Of a DNA stretch of 64,000 bases, positions 38,927 through 48,680 are shown in pieces; the stretch's first letter is position 1; the number at the start of each line of letters is the position of its first letter. The stretch spans positions 2,528,001-2,592,000 of the forward strand of contig OZ219926.1 of NCBI GenBank assembly GCA_964291405.2. Reading direction: 5' to 3'. Origin of the DNA: Thermodesulfobacteriota bacterium. Lineage in GTDB: Bacteria > Desulfobacterota > Binatia > Bin18. The notes beneath the pieces were generated by a model that saw only the letters and a list, made by a program, of their open reading frames with translations, was not told the origin of the DNA and searched no databases. The position numbers were made by a program, and so were the translations under genes.

Positions 38927-39774
38927 CGAACAAGACCCGCACGTTCTTTCAATAGGAGAATATCCTCTTTGATCTTCCCGAGTGCCGTTTCATGACCATT
39001 TATGGACGAGACAAGCGCATGTGAGAAAAGTTGTACCAAAACGTTATTGTGCGAATAGTTAATCCAGCCGTTAGTAATGCTATCAAAAAATTTGAGACCA
39101 TTTTTAGTGTGCGTCCAAAGACCCCGTTGAAGTGCGTTTGCAGCAGCATCGCCATAACGCACCTCACAGATATAATCGCCTTCGGCGTCATGAAATCGAT
39201 AGACTGGATGCTTTCTCCCTCTTCCTACTCCTACATATCTAATCTGGGTGGTCGCACTACGTGCTTTGGCATAATCGAAAACCAAGATGTTACAGCGTTT
39301 ACTTTTTTCATCGTAAATTAACGGCAAGACATTGATATTGCTAAAGTCTGAAAAGGCAGGATCATTCATAATCTCCTGGACACGACCACCCTCAATGATG
39401 CCTCTGTTTTCTTTTTCAAGACGAGGAAACATGGAGTTATTCTTGTCGGTGGAGAGTTGCAGAGGCCCATCGCCATACGCTTTAAGGCTGACCGGAAATT
39501 CCTTTTTCGTAATCTCGTTAATTATCTTGATGTCTTCCTCTTGAGATTTAGCTCGAAACAAATCTTTTCCAACGTGTATGGAACGAAAATCATACATGTA
39601 CTGGTTAATAAATTCAGAGATCGCAATTTCGGCAAGATCGCCATGCGTTTTGTTGCCAATGAGCCGCATGGCCAATATATTGCTCAGTGTTGTGGTAATG
39701 AGTTCCGGTTGTTTGCTGACCAGAAGTTTGAGACGCGTTGTAAAGTCCTGGTATGCGGCGGCTGTGTCTGTCAC
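38923..39774 (-). CDS. Putative Type II restriction endonuclease
   Basis: AT-rich; ATGA-coupled to the MTase; GDLAE...EEDI...VSLK resembles a PD-SxK nuclease core. Confidence 0.6.
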   Translation of the reverse strand: MTDTAAAYQDFTTRLKLLVSKQPELITTTLSNILAMRLIGNKTHGDLAEIAISEFINQYMYDFRSIHVGKDLFRAKSQEEDIKIINEITKKEFPVSLKAYGDGPLQLSTDKNNSMFPRLEKENRGIIEGGRVQEIMNDPAFSDFSNINVLPLIYDEKSKRCNILVFDYAKARSATTQIRYVGVGRGRKHPVYRFHDAEGDYICEVRYGDAAANALQRGLWTHTKNGLKFFDSITNGWINYSHNNVLVQLFSHALVSSINGHETALGKIKEDILLLKERAGLVR

Positions 39775-39955
39775 AAGATTATCTCCACTGGGGCTATTTT
39801 TATTTTAAGCCGCTAACATACCCTGTCTCTTTTGGGTCTGCTACTCACCCAGAATAACTCTACATCATGACAAAAACGCAGCCTGATATAAAAACCGTTC
39901 ACGAGCGAATGGCGGGTAAATACGGACGGCTTTTACTGAGAGGAAAGAAATAACG

Positions 39956-42900
39956 GTGTCTCTACCTGGCGGCCCCTCTGACAAACTCGGCAATCGTTAC
40001 GAACTGTGGTGGACGGTCTCGCAACTTGTCCGAATCATGGACAGGCGGGCTGAAAGCATCCGAATTGAGGACCCGACGGTCGATAAAGCGGAGTTTGTCG
40101 TCACCGCTAGAGGTCATCAGGAGCTTCACCAAGCGAAGCGCAGTCATCCAACTGGTAAGTGGAGCCTGTCGTCTCTCGGAGGCGAGGGCCTACTCCAGGC
40201 GATGTTCGAGCAGCTTTCCCGAAACCCCAGCGCCCGGTTCGTCTTTGTCTCAGGTAGCGATGCCCCTGAGTTGAAAGAGCTGACGGAGCGGGCTGGGAGT
40301 GCGAAGAATCTGGAGGAGTTTGAGTCCGTATTTGTCAGCGCTCAGACTCAACGGGAAGCCTGTACGAAACTCAAAAGTTTCTGGGGTGGCACAGACACCG
40401 CCACGGCATACGAGATACTTCAGCGTATCGAAGTCCGTACCATTGATGAGAGAGGGCTTGAAGAACAGGTTCAAGGGTCGTTGCAGGTGCGGTTCTTGAC
40501 CAATCCGAATGACGTTTGCGACGCCCTGCGTAGCATTGTTGAAGATTCAATTCACCAGACAGTAGAGCGTGAATTTCTGATTTCTACCCTTCAGGGCAGG
40601 GGATTCACACTACGGAAGCTCACCAAACCGGATGACGCTCCTTCACTCATTTCCGAAGCAACAGCTTCCTATCTCGAAGCTGCCCGCCGAAAGCTCATCC
40701 AAGGCGCTCTCATCCCTCGTTCTTCGACTCAAGAGCTACTTGCCAAGATCAGAGAGAATATCGCCAAGGGAGCGGATTGCGTGCTGACCGGCGAGGCAGG
40801 AGGCGGTAAGACCGGTTGTGTCATTGAATGTGTGGAAGCCCTGCGTCAAGGCGATAGCCCTGTCGCGGCGCTTGCCTTTCGTCTGGACCGTCTGACCCCA
40901 GGATCGTCAACCAAAGAATTGGGCGAACAGCTTGGCTTGGAGGAATCGCCAGCGCTCGTACTAGCGACGGCGGCTGAGGCTATGTCGAGTGAGGCTGTTC
41001 TTGTGATTGACCAACTCGACGCGGTGAGCACCACATCCGGTCGCAGTGCAGACTTTTTTGAAGTTGTGGAAGACCTTTTGAGCGAGGTGCGAAGTCTACG
41101 GGCCAGAGTGAGATTTCATGTTGTGGTTGTCTGTAGGGAGTTTGACTGGAAGAACGATCATCGCCTACGCCCCCTCCTTCCTGAGAATTCTCCGAATATC
41201 GCCGTTACGGACTTCTCTCTGGACGAGGTGAAATCCGCACTTACTACCAGTGGTTTCGACACTGAGTTATTTGGCGCAAAACAACTGGAACTGCTTCGCC
41301 TTCCCCAGAACTTGGCGTTGTTCCTTGACGCTCATTACGATCCTCACTCGCGCCCAATGTTCTCTTCTCCCAAAGAACTGTTTGACCAGTACTGGAGAGA
41401 GAAGCGCCGGAAGGTCAACGAGCGTGCCGCTCCCTTATCCGATAACTGGGCCGACGTAATTCAGGTGTTGTGCGCTGAAATGACCACGACACAGCAACTC
41501 TCAGTAGCAAAGGAAAAGCTGGACCAGTTTCCAAACGACTATCTTGAGCAGATGGCCTCAGAGGGCGTGCTTTCGTCCGATGGAAAACGTTATAGCTTCG
41601 GCCATGAGTCATTTTTCGACTACAGCTTCGCCCGTGGCTTTGTCGCAAAAGAGGAATCTTTGCCCGCGTTCCTGGTGAACTCGGAGCAGCATCTCTTTCG
41701 ACGGGCGCAAGTGAGACAAGTTCTTGTCTATCTTCGTGATGCCGACCGGGGGCGGTATTGCAGGGAACTCAGCAGATTATTGGCATATGAGAGGATTCGC
41801 TTTCATCTCAAGGACCTTGCCGTTGCCCTAGCCGTTTCACTGCCAAACCCCGAAGAGAACGAATGGGATGTACTTGCACCGTGGATTGAACCTCAGCTTG
41901 ACACGCTCAGTAGCGGTAAGCCGAATCCAGACAAGTTCGGGTCAATAGTCTGGAACCATCTTTTCGGTTCGGAACCTTGGTTTGCGATTGCAGACGCCAA
42001 AGGGCTTATCTCTGACTGGCTCGCATCCAAGGATGAAGCTCTTGTCAACACAGGCGTGAATTATGTCAGTTTTCACCAGAGGCATTCAGGCGACAGAATA
42101 GCTGAGCTTCTTGAGCCATTTGTTGGGAAGGATGGTGATTGGTCTCAGCGGCTATGCAGCATTATGCAGCGGGCCAACTATGGAAAGAGCAGAAAGTTTT
42201 TCGATCTCTTTCTGAGGTTAATAGACGATGGCACTTTGGATAATGCCCATTCATCCACTAATAACCGTTCGTTTTGGCGCATGGTGTACGGATTAGGTGA
42301 GGAGCGGCCTGAGTGGATTCCCGAGGTGCTGGCCCATTGGTTACTCAGGCGATTCTCGATTATTCAAAAGACCGTGGATGGTGGAGGAAAACCTGATCGG
42401 CATAGCTGGCGTCATTTGTTCGGTCACGGTGAGTCTGGTTCAGAGCATATTTGTGATTCCGCAACCAAATTCCCCGACAAGTTTGCACATCATGTTCTGC
42501 CGGTAGTTCTGAAAATCAGCGATGAGACTGTCTACGAAGGGCAAACGCCACCAAAACGTGACGCCGTGTGGTCGTATTTCATTAACAGCGAGTATGTCCC
42601 AATTGACCAAGCATGTAGAAACGCGACTGCTGTAGCATTAGAAAAGCTCGCTGAAAGCAAGGTAGATGGTATTATCGAGATTCTTGCTGGGCTGCGGAGC
42701 CGAGATACTTACATGGCAAATTACCTTCTGCTTCGCGCCTATACAGCCGGGGCAGAGCACTTTGCCGACAGCGCAGTTTCCGATCTGTGTGACAAAACAT
42801 GGCGGTTTCACTGCGGATACTCTGATAGCCCCTACTGGATAGCGATTCAATTGATAGAAACAATCGCCCCACTTTGTTCCGACGAGAATCGCGCCAGACT

Positions 42901-44533
42901 CGAAAATACCATCCTTGATTATGTTCCCCATTACGAGCGTACTCCAGAAGGATATAAATCGAGAGGGCGCGCTTGTTTTGTTCTGCTGTCTGGTATCCCG
43001 GTCGAATTGCGGAGTAAGGAAGCCCAGGCTCGTTATGCGGAGCTTGAACGAAAGTTTGGAGCACCGGATTCTCCTCCAAAAGAGATCAAAGTTTATCAGG
43101 TGGGTTCCCCAATTGAGAAAAAAGCAGCGGAGAAAATGACGGACGAGCAATGGCTGGGGGCCATTCAAGAATATGACTCAGAGGAGAGCAAACACCGTTG
43201 GGAGAATCCTGAAAAGGGTGGTGCCTTGCCGCTTGCGCGAATGCTACAAGAGCGCGTCAAAGAAGAGCCGGAACGATTTGCCCGCTTGAGTCTTAGATTC
43301 CCTGCTGACACGAACCCAGTCTATCTGGAGCACTCTCTTATGGGCTTGAAGGAAACAGCAGGCTTCACGGAACTTAAACTACAAGTCTGCCGCAAAGCGT
43401 ACTCCGAGGCTCGTAAAGACTGTGGACAAGCAATAGCTGACTTGCTGGGCTCTATCGAAGAGGCACTTCCCGATGACGCTGTAGAGATGCTCGACTGGTT
43501 GGCAACCGAGCATCCCGAACCGGAGAAGGAGTTGTGGAGAGAAGAAGCCCCGAGCGGTAGCGTCTACTATGGCGGAGATATTCTTACACACGGCATAAAC
43601 ACAACACGTGGACGCGCTGCTTGGGCTATCTGTGGTCTCATTGGACGCGATGCCTCATATGTCGAACGCTTTCGTCCCACCATTGAACGAGTGGTCAACG
43701 ATAAGAGCTTAGCTGTTCGGGCCTGCGCGAGTTTGGCACTTTTGGTGATAATCAATCACGATTCGGAATTTGCTTTAGAACACTTCCTTCGGCTCGTCGA
43801 GCCTCGGGATAACCAAACTGACGATGAGCGTTTGCTGGCGACTCGGGACGTGGAGCGTTTCATCAATTACGGACTCTATGAATATTTTGAACGCCTCCGG
43901 CATGTTGTCGAACGGATGCTCCAGTCTGGCCATCCTGAAACGAGCAAGGCTGGTGCTCGGCTGGCGAGCATTGCGGTACTCCTTCATCACGACAACGCTG
44001 AGGCCCTTGTAGAAGAAGCGCTCCACGGTAACTCTTCGCAAAGGCTCGGGGTGGCCCAGGTGGCTTCTGCCCACATTGGCAAGGCTGAACACCGGCAATG
44101 GTCAGAGCAACAACTTCTACCGCTCTTCAACGATAGTGACAGAGAAGTCCGTCAAGAAGCGGCGAGTTGCTTCCGTTACTTGGAAGGACAATCCCTGGAA
44201 TCCTATGAAAATCTCATCAACGAGTTTTGCGATAGTGTGGCCTACCGGGAAGACTCGTCTTCCATACTTCACGCCCTTGAGGAATCTCCGCAAAAACTGC
44301 CCGGTATCACTCACACTGTCTGCGAGAAGTTTCTTGAACGATTCGGCGCTGAGACGAGGGATATGAGCACGCATCGAGCCTTTGATAGCCGCAACCTGGT
44401 AAAACTGATTCTCAGGACGTACCACCAACACCAACATGACGAGTGGGCTTCTCGATGCCTGGACCTGATAGACCAGATGTGTCTTGAGGGAACTTATGAA
44501 ATCAGGACCAATCTAGATGAGTATGAACGGTAA
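39956..44533 (+). CDS. Avs-like nuclease - STAND NTPase - helical-repeat protein
   Basis: N-terminal GNRYE...EF...HQAK (Mrr/Cap4-like QxK); Walker A GEAGGGKT; Walker B LVIDQLD; FGHESFFDY; long helical/HEAT-like C-terminus. Confidence 0.75.
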   Translation: MSLPGGPSDKLGNRYELWWTVSQLVRIMDRRAESIRIEDPTVDKAEFVVTARGHQELHQAKRSHPTGKWSLSSLGGEGLLQAMFEQLSRNPSARFVFVSGSDAPELKELTERAGSAKNLEEFESVFVSAQTQREACTKLKSFWGGTDTATAYEILQRIEVRTIDERGLEEQVQGSLQVRFLTNPNDVCDALRSIVEDSIHQTVEREFLISTLQGRGFTLRKLTKPDDAPSLISEATASYLEAARRKLIQGALIPRSSTQELLAKIRENIAKGADCVLTGEAGGGKTGCVIECVEALRQGDSPVAALAFRLDRLTPGSSTKELGEQLGLEESPALVLATAAEAMSSEAVLVIDQLDAVSTTSGRSADFFEVVEDLLSEVRSLRARVRFHVVVVCREFDWKNDHRLRPLLPENSPNIAVTDFSLDEVKSALTTSGFDTELFGAKQLELLRLPQNLALFLDAHYDPHSRPMFSSPKELFDQYWREKRRKVNERAAPLSDNWADVIQVLCAEMTTTQQLSVAKEKLDQFPNDYLEQMASEGVLSSDGKRYSFGHESFFDYSFARGFVAKEESLPAFLVNSEQHLFRRAQVRQVLVYLRDADRGRYCRELSRLLAYERIRFHLKDLAVALAVSLPNPEENEWDVLAPWIEPQLDTLSSGKPNPDKFGSIVWNHLFGSEPWFAIADAKGLISDWLASKDEALVNTGVNYVSFHQRHSGDRIAELLEPFVGKDGDWSQRLCSIMQRANYGKSRKFFDLFLRLIDDGTLDNAHSSTNNRSFWRMVYGLGEERPEWIPEVLAHWLLRRFSIIQKTVDGGGKPDRHSWRHLFGHGESGSEHICDSATKFPDKFAHHVLPVVLKISDETVYEGQTPPKRDAVWSYFINSEYVPIDQACRNATAVALEKLAESKVDGIIEILAGLRSRDTYMANYLLLRAYTAGAEHFADSAVSDLCDKTWRFHCGYSDSPYWIAIQLIETIAPLCSDENRARLENTILDYVPHYERTPEGYKSRGRACFVLLSGIPVELRSKEAQARYAELERKFGAPDSPPKEIKVYQVGSPIEKKAAEKMTDEQWLGAIQEYDSEESKHRWENPEKGGALPLARMLQERVKEEPERFARLSLRFPADTNPVYLEHSLMGLKETAGFTELKLQVCRKAYSEARKDCGQAIADLLGSIEEALPDDAVEMLDWLATEHPEPEKELWREEAPSGSVYYGGDILTHGINTTRGRAAWAICGLIGRDASYVERFRPTIERVVNDKSLAVRACASLALLVIINHDSEFALEHFLRLVEPRDNQTDDERLLATRDVERFINYGLYEYFERLRHVVERMLQSGHPETSKAGARLASIAVLLHHDNAEALVEEALHGNSSQRLGVAQVASAHIGKAEHRQWSEQQLLPLFNDSDREVRQEAASCFRYLEGQSLESYENLINEFCDSVAYREDSSSILHALEESPQKLPGITHTVCEKFLERFGAETRDMSTHRAFDSRNLVKLILRTYHQHQHDEWASRCLDLIDQMCLEGTYEIRTNLDEYER

Positions 44534-44561
44534 CGCGGATGGCGGTTGCGAATCGGGTGCA

Positions 44562-44592
44562 TGTTGGATTACGCTTCGCTAATCCAACCTAC
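44562..44592. repeat. GTAG-type REP
   Basis: Minus strand GTAG-GTTGGATTA-GCGAAGCG-TAATCCAAC. Confidence 0.75.
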
Positions 44593-44703
44593 AGGAACTG
44601 ATGTATGGTCGGGAGTCGGAATATTGGACAGGATACGCCAGAGCCGTTAGTTGTCCGATGACTGGACGGTCGTGATGAGAAATGAGCATAGAGATCAAGT
44701 GCC

Positions 44704-44868
44704 ATGAGTCAACAATACAGAAGCGGAGCCTTGGCGGCTGTGTACGAAGCCGCACTCGGTCTTCACGAGGCCGGCGCGATGGACAAACAGACGCTGGAGG
44801 TGTTCGACGAAATGTGTCTGACGCCAGTCGAACAACTGACATCGGATCAGAACCAGCCGCCGGAATAA
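44704..44868 (+). pseudogene. Truncated HigA-like antitoxin (HTH lost)
   Basis: Hand translation MSQQYRSGALAAVYEAALGLHEAGAMDKQTLEVFDEMCLTPVEQLTSDQ, with a stop before the HTH. Confidence 0.7.
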
Positions 44869-44898
44869 CCTTAGCCGAGGAATCCCCGCTCCCCGCCG

Positions 44899-44927
44899 CT
44901 GGATGCCGGATCACGTCCGGTATGACG
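44899..44927. repeat. GTCAT-type REP-like element
   Basis: CTGGATGCCGGATCACGTCCGGTATGACG. Confidence 0.6.
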
Positions 44928-44966
44928 AGGGCGGAACGGCAGGGCTCCAGCCAAGCATGAAACACC

Positions 44967-46205
44967 CTAGCGCGTCAGCGATGGGAAAAGCGGTTCCGTG
45001 CTGATAATACCCTCGTCAGAGAGCCGCTGTATCTCCTCTTTCGATAAGCCGAGCAGGCTGCCGAAGATACGCTCGTTGTGTTTGCCAAAGCTCGGGGCGG
45101 GTCGCCGTACGACCGAAGGCGTATCGGAAAATTGAGGAACGAAGCCCGGATAGAAGTGCGGCCCGGTTTCCTCTTTCTCGATTGTTAACAGAAACTCACG
45201 CGCGGCCAGGTGCGGGTCACTCAGCACTCCGGCCCCGGACAGCACGACTCCGGCTGCTATCCCTGCTTCTTGCAGGCGTTCCATCAGCGCAGTTGCCTCC
45301 TGCTCCTGCGTCCAGGCGCTGATGTATTGGTCGAGTTCTTCCTCGGCCGTCTTTCTCTCCTGTGCTGTATCGAACCGACCGTTTTGCGCCCAGGCCGGAT
45401 TCCCCAACACGTGACAGAAAGTACGCCAGTCCTCGTCCGACGTGACAGCAATCGTTAGCCACTCATCTTCGCCCTGACACGGATAACACCCGTGGGGCGC
45501 CATGCTGGGGTGACGATTGCCCAATCGCGTCTGAGAGCGGCCATTGATGGTATATTCCAGCAGCGCGGCGGCGTTGAACGGTAAGAGTCCCTCAACATGG
45601 GACAGATCAATCGAGACCCCTGCGCCGCGCCGTTCCTGTTCAAATGTCCCGACCAGCGCCGCGAAGCAGGCGTTGAGCGCCGACACCGGGTCGCCGATGG
45701 CGTTGCTGAGCATCTGGGGCGGGCCGTCTTCATAGCCACTGACCCCGGTTATCCCGGCCATGGCCTCGGTGGTCGTCCCAAAACCGAGGTATTCGCTCTC
45801 CGGGCCGCTATCCCCAAAGGCGGGCAGGGTGACCATCACGAGTTGCGGGTTGACCGCTTTCAGGGTGTCAAACTCAACGCCGAGTTTACGCAAACTGCGC
45901 GGCGGATAGTTGGCCACCAAGACATCGCTGATCCGGACCAGGTCGCGAAACAGCTCTCGTCCCCGCGGATGGGTGAGTTCCAGCGCAATGCCGTATTTAT
46001 TCCGATTAACCGTATTAAACGTTGGCGACTGCTCGTAGGGCCTGCCCCCGTCTTCCGTGACCTCAGGAGCGGCTCCGCGCCACCAGTCCATATGCGATGG
46101 GGATTCGACCTTAATGACTTCCGCACCAAAGTCAGCCAGCAGACAGGTCGCCAACGGGCCGGCCCAGCCATTGGTTAAATCCACGACGCGTAGCGGTTGT
46201 GTCAT
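44967..46205 (-). CDS. Class III (CaiB/BaiF) CoA-transferase, catalytic Asp present
   Basis: AGPLA...LADFGAEVIKVE, NRNK, AIGDPVSA. Confidence 0.92.
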   Translation of the reverse strand: MTQPLRVVDLTNGWAGPLATCLLADFGAEVIKVESPSHMDWWRGAAPEVTEDGGRPYEQSPTFNTVNRNKYGIALELTHPRGRELFRDLVRISDVLVANYPPRSLRKLGVEFDTLKAVNPQLVMVTLPAFGDSGPESEYLGFGTTTEAMAGITGVSGYEDGPPQMLSNAIGDPVSALNACFAALVGTFEQERRGAGVSIDLSHVEGLLPFNAAALLEYTINGRSQTRLGNRHPSMAPHGCYPCQGEDEWLTIAVTSDEDWRTFCHVLGNPAWAQNGRFDTAQERKTAEEELDQYISAWTQEQEATALMERLQEAGIAAGVVLSGAGVLSDPHLAAREFLLTIEKEETGPHFYPGFVPQFSDTPSVVRRPAPSFGKHNERIFGSLLGLSKEEIQRLSDEGIISTEPLFPSLTR

Positions 46206-46232
46206 ACGCTTGCTCCTGTGTCTTGATATTTC

Positions 46233-47477
46233 TCAGTTAATTGCGCCCGCAGCCCGGAGGCGATGCAAATCGGCGTTGCTATAGCCCAGCTTTTCGCCCA
46301 GCACACTCGCCGTGTGCTCCCCGACACGGGGCGCGCGATGGAGGCGGAGGATGGGCTGTCCGCTTTCACGGGACGGGGGACCGGGGATGGAAACGGTTCC
46401 TCCTCCGGGACACTCGACCTCGATAAACGCCTGACGCTCTTTGAGTTGGGCCCATTCGACGACCTCTTGGGCGGAAGGGATCGGCGACAACGGAATCCCA
46501 CGGGCTTGCGCGGCATGATAGATGTCCCACTTCTTGCGTTCGCGCATCCACGGAATAAGCGCTGCGTGTAATTCACCGGCACACGTTGCCAGGGTCGTGA
46601 TGTTCTGAAAGCGCGGATCACCTGCCAGGTCGGGCCGTTCGATCAGTTCGAGCAGAGCGACAATTTGATGCGGCAGGCCGGCATGTACGCCCACATAACC
46701 ATCCGCACATGGCAGCGTGACCAAATTCGGAAACGCCGCGTGGAATTGTTTACCCGAACGCTGGCGGACAAAGCCCGAATAGGAAAACGCCACAAAGTCA
46801 TACAGGGACGTGGCAATCAGGGCCTCCTGAATGGAGACCTCAACATGCTGCGCGGCATGCGTTGCGTTCCGGTTCCGTACGGCCTGCAGGGTGCCAATGG
46901 CGGCGTATAACCCGGCCACGTATTGGCCGAACGCGCCCCCCGGCTGGACCGGAGGACGATCCAGTTCACCCATCGGATAGGTCCAACTGCCCAAGGCAAA
47001 GGCCACACTGTCGGTCATCCGATAGTCGCGGTAGGGGCCGGATGCGCCGAAGTTCGAGATGGCAATACTCACCAGCCGTGGGTTGGCGGCCCGTAGCACC
47101 TCTTGGCCCAAACCCAGGCGTTCAAGGGTGCCCGGCCGGAAATTCTCGACGACAACATCAGCCCGTTCAACCAAGCCTAAGACCGCCTCGCGTCCAGGTT
47201 GACATGTGAGGTCAATCGCCACCGACTGTTTGCTGGTATTCAAGAAACAAAAGAGGCCGCTCTGCTCTTTTGTGGGGGAAGGGTCCCCCAAGCCCCCTCT
47301 GCCAGGCTGATCGTCAAAAAATGGCGGCAGGGCCCGCCCTCCTTCACCACCTGCCGGCGGTTCAATCTTGATGACCTCAGCCCCATAGTCGCCGAGCAAT
47401 TTTGTACAATAGGGCCCCGCAATGTAATGGGTGAGGTCAATAACGCGAATGCTACTCAAGGCTCGTTCCAGGGACAT
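46233..47477 (-). CDS. Class III CoA-transferase, catalytic Asp absent; contains repeat-derived insertion
   Basis: AGPYCTKLL.DYGAEVIKIEPP, ENFRPG; FGQYVAG at the usual GD position; AGGAGG RBS. Confidence 0.9.
   Translation of the reverse strand: MSLERALSSIRVIDLTHYIAGPYCTKLLGDYGAEVIKIEPPAGGEGGRALPPFFDDQPGRGGLGDPSPTKEQSGLFCFLNTSKQSVAIDLTCQPGREAVLGLVERADVVVENFRPGTLERLGLGQEVLRAANPRLVSIAISNFGASGPYRDYRMTDSVAFALGSWTYPMGELDRPPVQPGGAFGQYVAGLYAAIGTLQAVRNRNATHAAQHVEVSIQEALIATSLYDFVAFSYSGFVRQRSGKQFHAAFPNLVTLPCADGYVGVHAGLPHQIVALLELIERPDLAGDPRFQNITTLATCAGELHAALIPWMRERKKWDIYHAAQARGIPLSPIPSAQEVVEWAQLKERQAFIEVECPGGGTVSIPGPPSRESGQPILRLHRAPRVGEHTASVLGEKLGYSNADLHRLRAAGAIN
47266..47299. repeat. Palindromic repeat inserted in frame in CoA-transferase
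   Basis: Minus strand GAGGGGGCTTGGGGGACCCTTCCCCCACAAAAGA, sister of 20476-20510. Confidence 0.75.
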
Positions 47478-47709
47478 GCCGAACCTCCTGTCTTCCAATA
47501 CCCAAGGAAGATGTGAGTATTGGACATCTGTAACACGGCTGTCAAGCTTGACGTTGCACGGGTGACACCCTCCTTCCGTCGTTCTGCAGGCGACATCCAA
47601 AGCGAGGGCCGAGCGGATTGACGAAGGGGGAGTTCTCTCTATACACTGCTAAAGTGAACGTACACCTGTACGCGGAGTCACGGGGTTAACGCGCGCAGAG
47701 AGGACTCGC

Positions 47710-47946
47710 ATGATTATTGACTCAGAAACCTTCGGTGAAATAGAAAGCGCCGTCACCCAGGCGACCCAGGGGATAGGTTCCGCCACTCAGCTTGTCAAAG
47801 GACTCGGTCCCCAAACCGAAGAGGCCCGCACCTATATTGGCCGTCTGCTCAATCAGATCCTCGAAGTTCAGGTCTATGTCCAGCGCGCGGGCGCCGTCCT
47901 TGATGCGGTCAAAGAAGCTAATCAAGAAGAGTCGTCCCGCCAATAA
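47710..47946 (+). CDS. Small helical hypothetical protein
   Basis: 78 aa, GAGGA RBS, TTGACG-18-TACACT upstream. Confidence 0.6.
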   Translation: MIIDSETFGEIESAVTQATQGIGSATQLVKGLGPQTEEARTYIGRLLNQILEVQVYVQRAGAVLDAVKEANQEESSRQ

Positions 47947-48060
47947 GAGGAGCACGCGAATCGCTCCGCTCTCGGGCTTGCCTTTTCTCCCGCTTCGGAC
48001 AAAGGCATCTCACTCCCCGAGGATTGTCTGAGGCATTGAGAGTGAGATTCAGCACCCGCT

Positions 48061-48651
48061 ATGAATAGCAGCATTTTGCACATCCGTGATCGGCTCTCGA
48101 AGCATAACCCCGCTCTGGCCGATATTGATGCGCCGATGCGGGCGGCGGTAGCGCTGCTCCTGCAACCCCGCCCTGACGATGTGTACGTGTTCTTCATCCA
48201 CCGTGCCCACCATCCCCACGATCCCTGGTCCGGACACATGGCCTTTCCTGGAGGGCGTCAGGAGCCGGAGGACCCGGACCTGTTTGTCACCATCCAGCGC
48301 GAGACCTATGAAGAGGTGGGGATTGATCTTGCCGAGCATGGCGAATACCTCGGCCGTCTGGCCGAAGTGCAAGCCTCGGCGCGCGGAAAACAGATTGGCA
48401 TGGTGGTGTCTCCGTTTGTCTATCTCGTCTCTCGGGACGCCAGTCTGGTACTCGATCCGGTTGAAGTCCAGGACGTCATTTGGGTCCCGCTGTCATTCAT
48501 GCAACAGGACGGCGTAGAACAGATCGTCCAGCGCAAGCTCCAGACCGGATCGACCATTCAGGTGCCCGCGCTCCTCTACGGCGGGAAAACGATTTGGGGC
48601 CTGACCTACCGGATGCTGCGGGGATTTCTGGAGCTTATTGCCGAGCCGTGA
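48061..48651 (+). CDS. Nudix hydrolase, CoA pyrophosphatase (NudL-like)
   Basis: PWSGHMAFPGG, RETYEEVG, IWGLTYRML. Confidence 0.9.
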   Translation: MNSSILHIRDRLSKHNPALADIDAPMRAAVALLLQPRPDDVYVFFIHRAHHPHDPWSGHMAFPGGRQEPEDPDLFVTIQRETYEEVGIDLAEHGEYLGRLAEVQASARGKQIGMVVSPFVYLVSRDASLVLDPVEVQDVIWVPLSFMQQDGVEQIVQRKLQTGSTIQVPALLYGGKTIWGLTYRMLRGFLELIAEP

Positions 48652-48680
48652 GGAGAGATACGCTCGCCTCCCACGCGGTC

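Noticed and set aside
27590-44960. Integrated prophage/ICE boundaries for the defence region
   Set aside because: No integrase, tRNA or flanking direct repeats recognised; metabolic genes are interspersed
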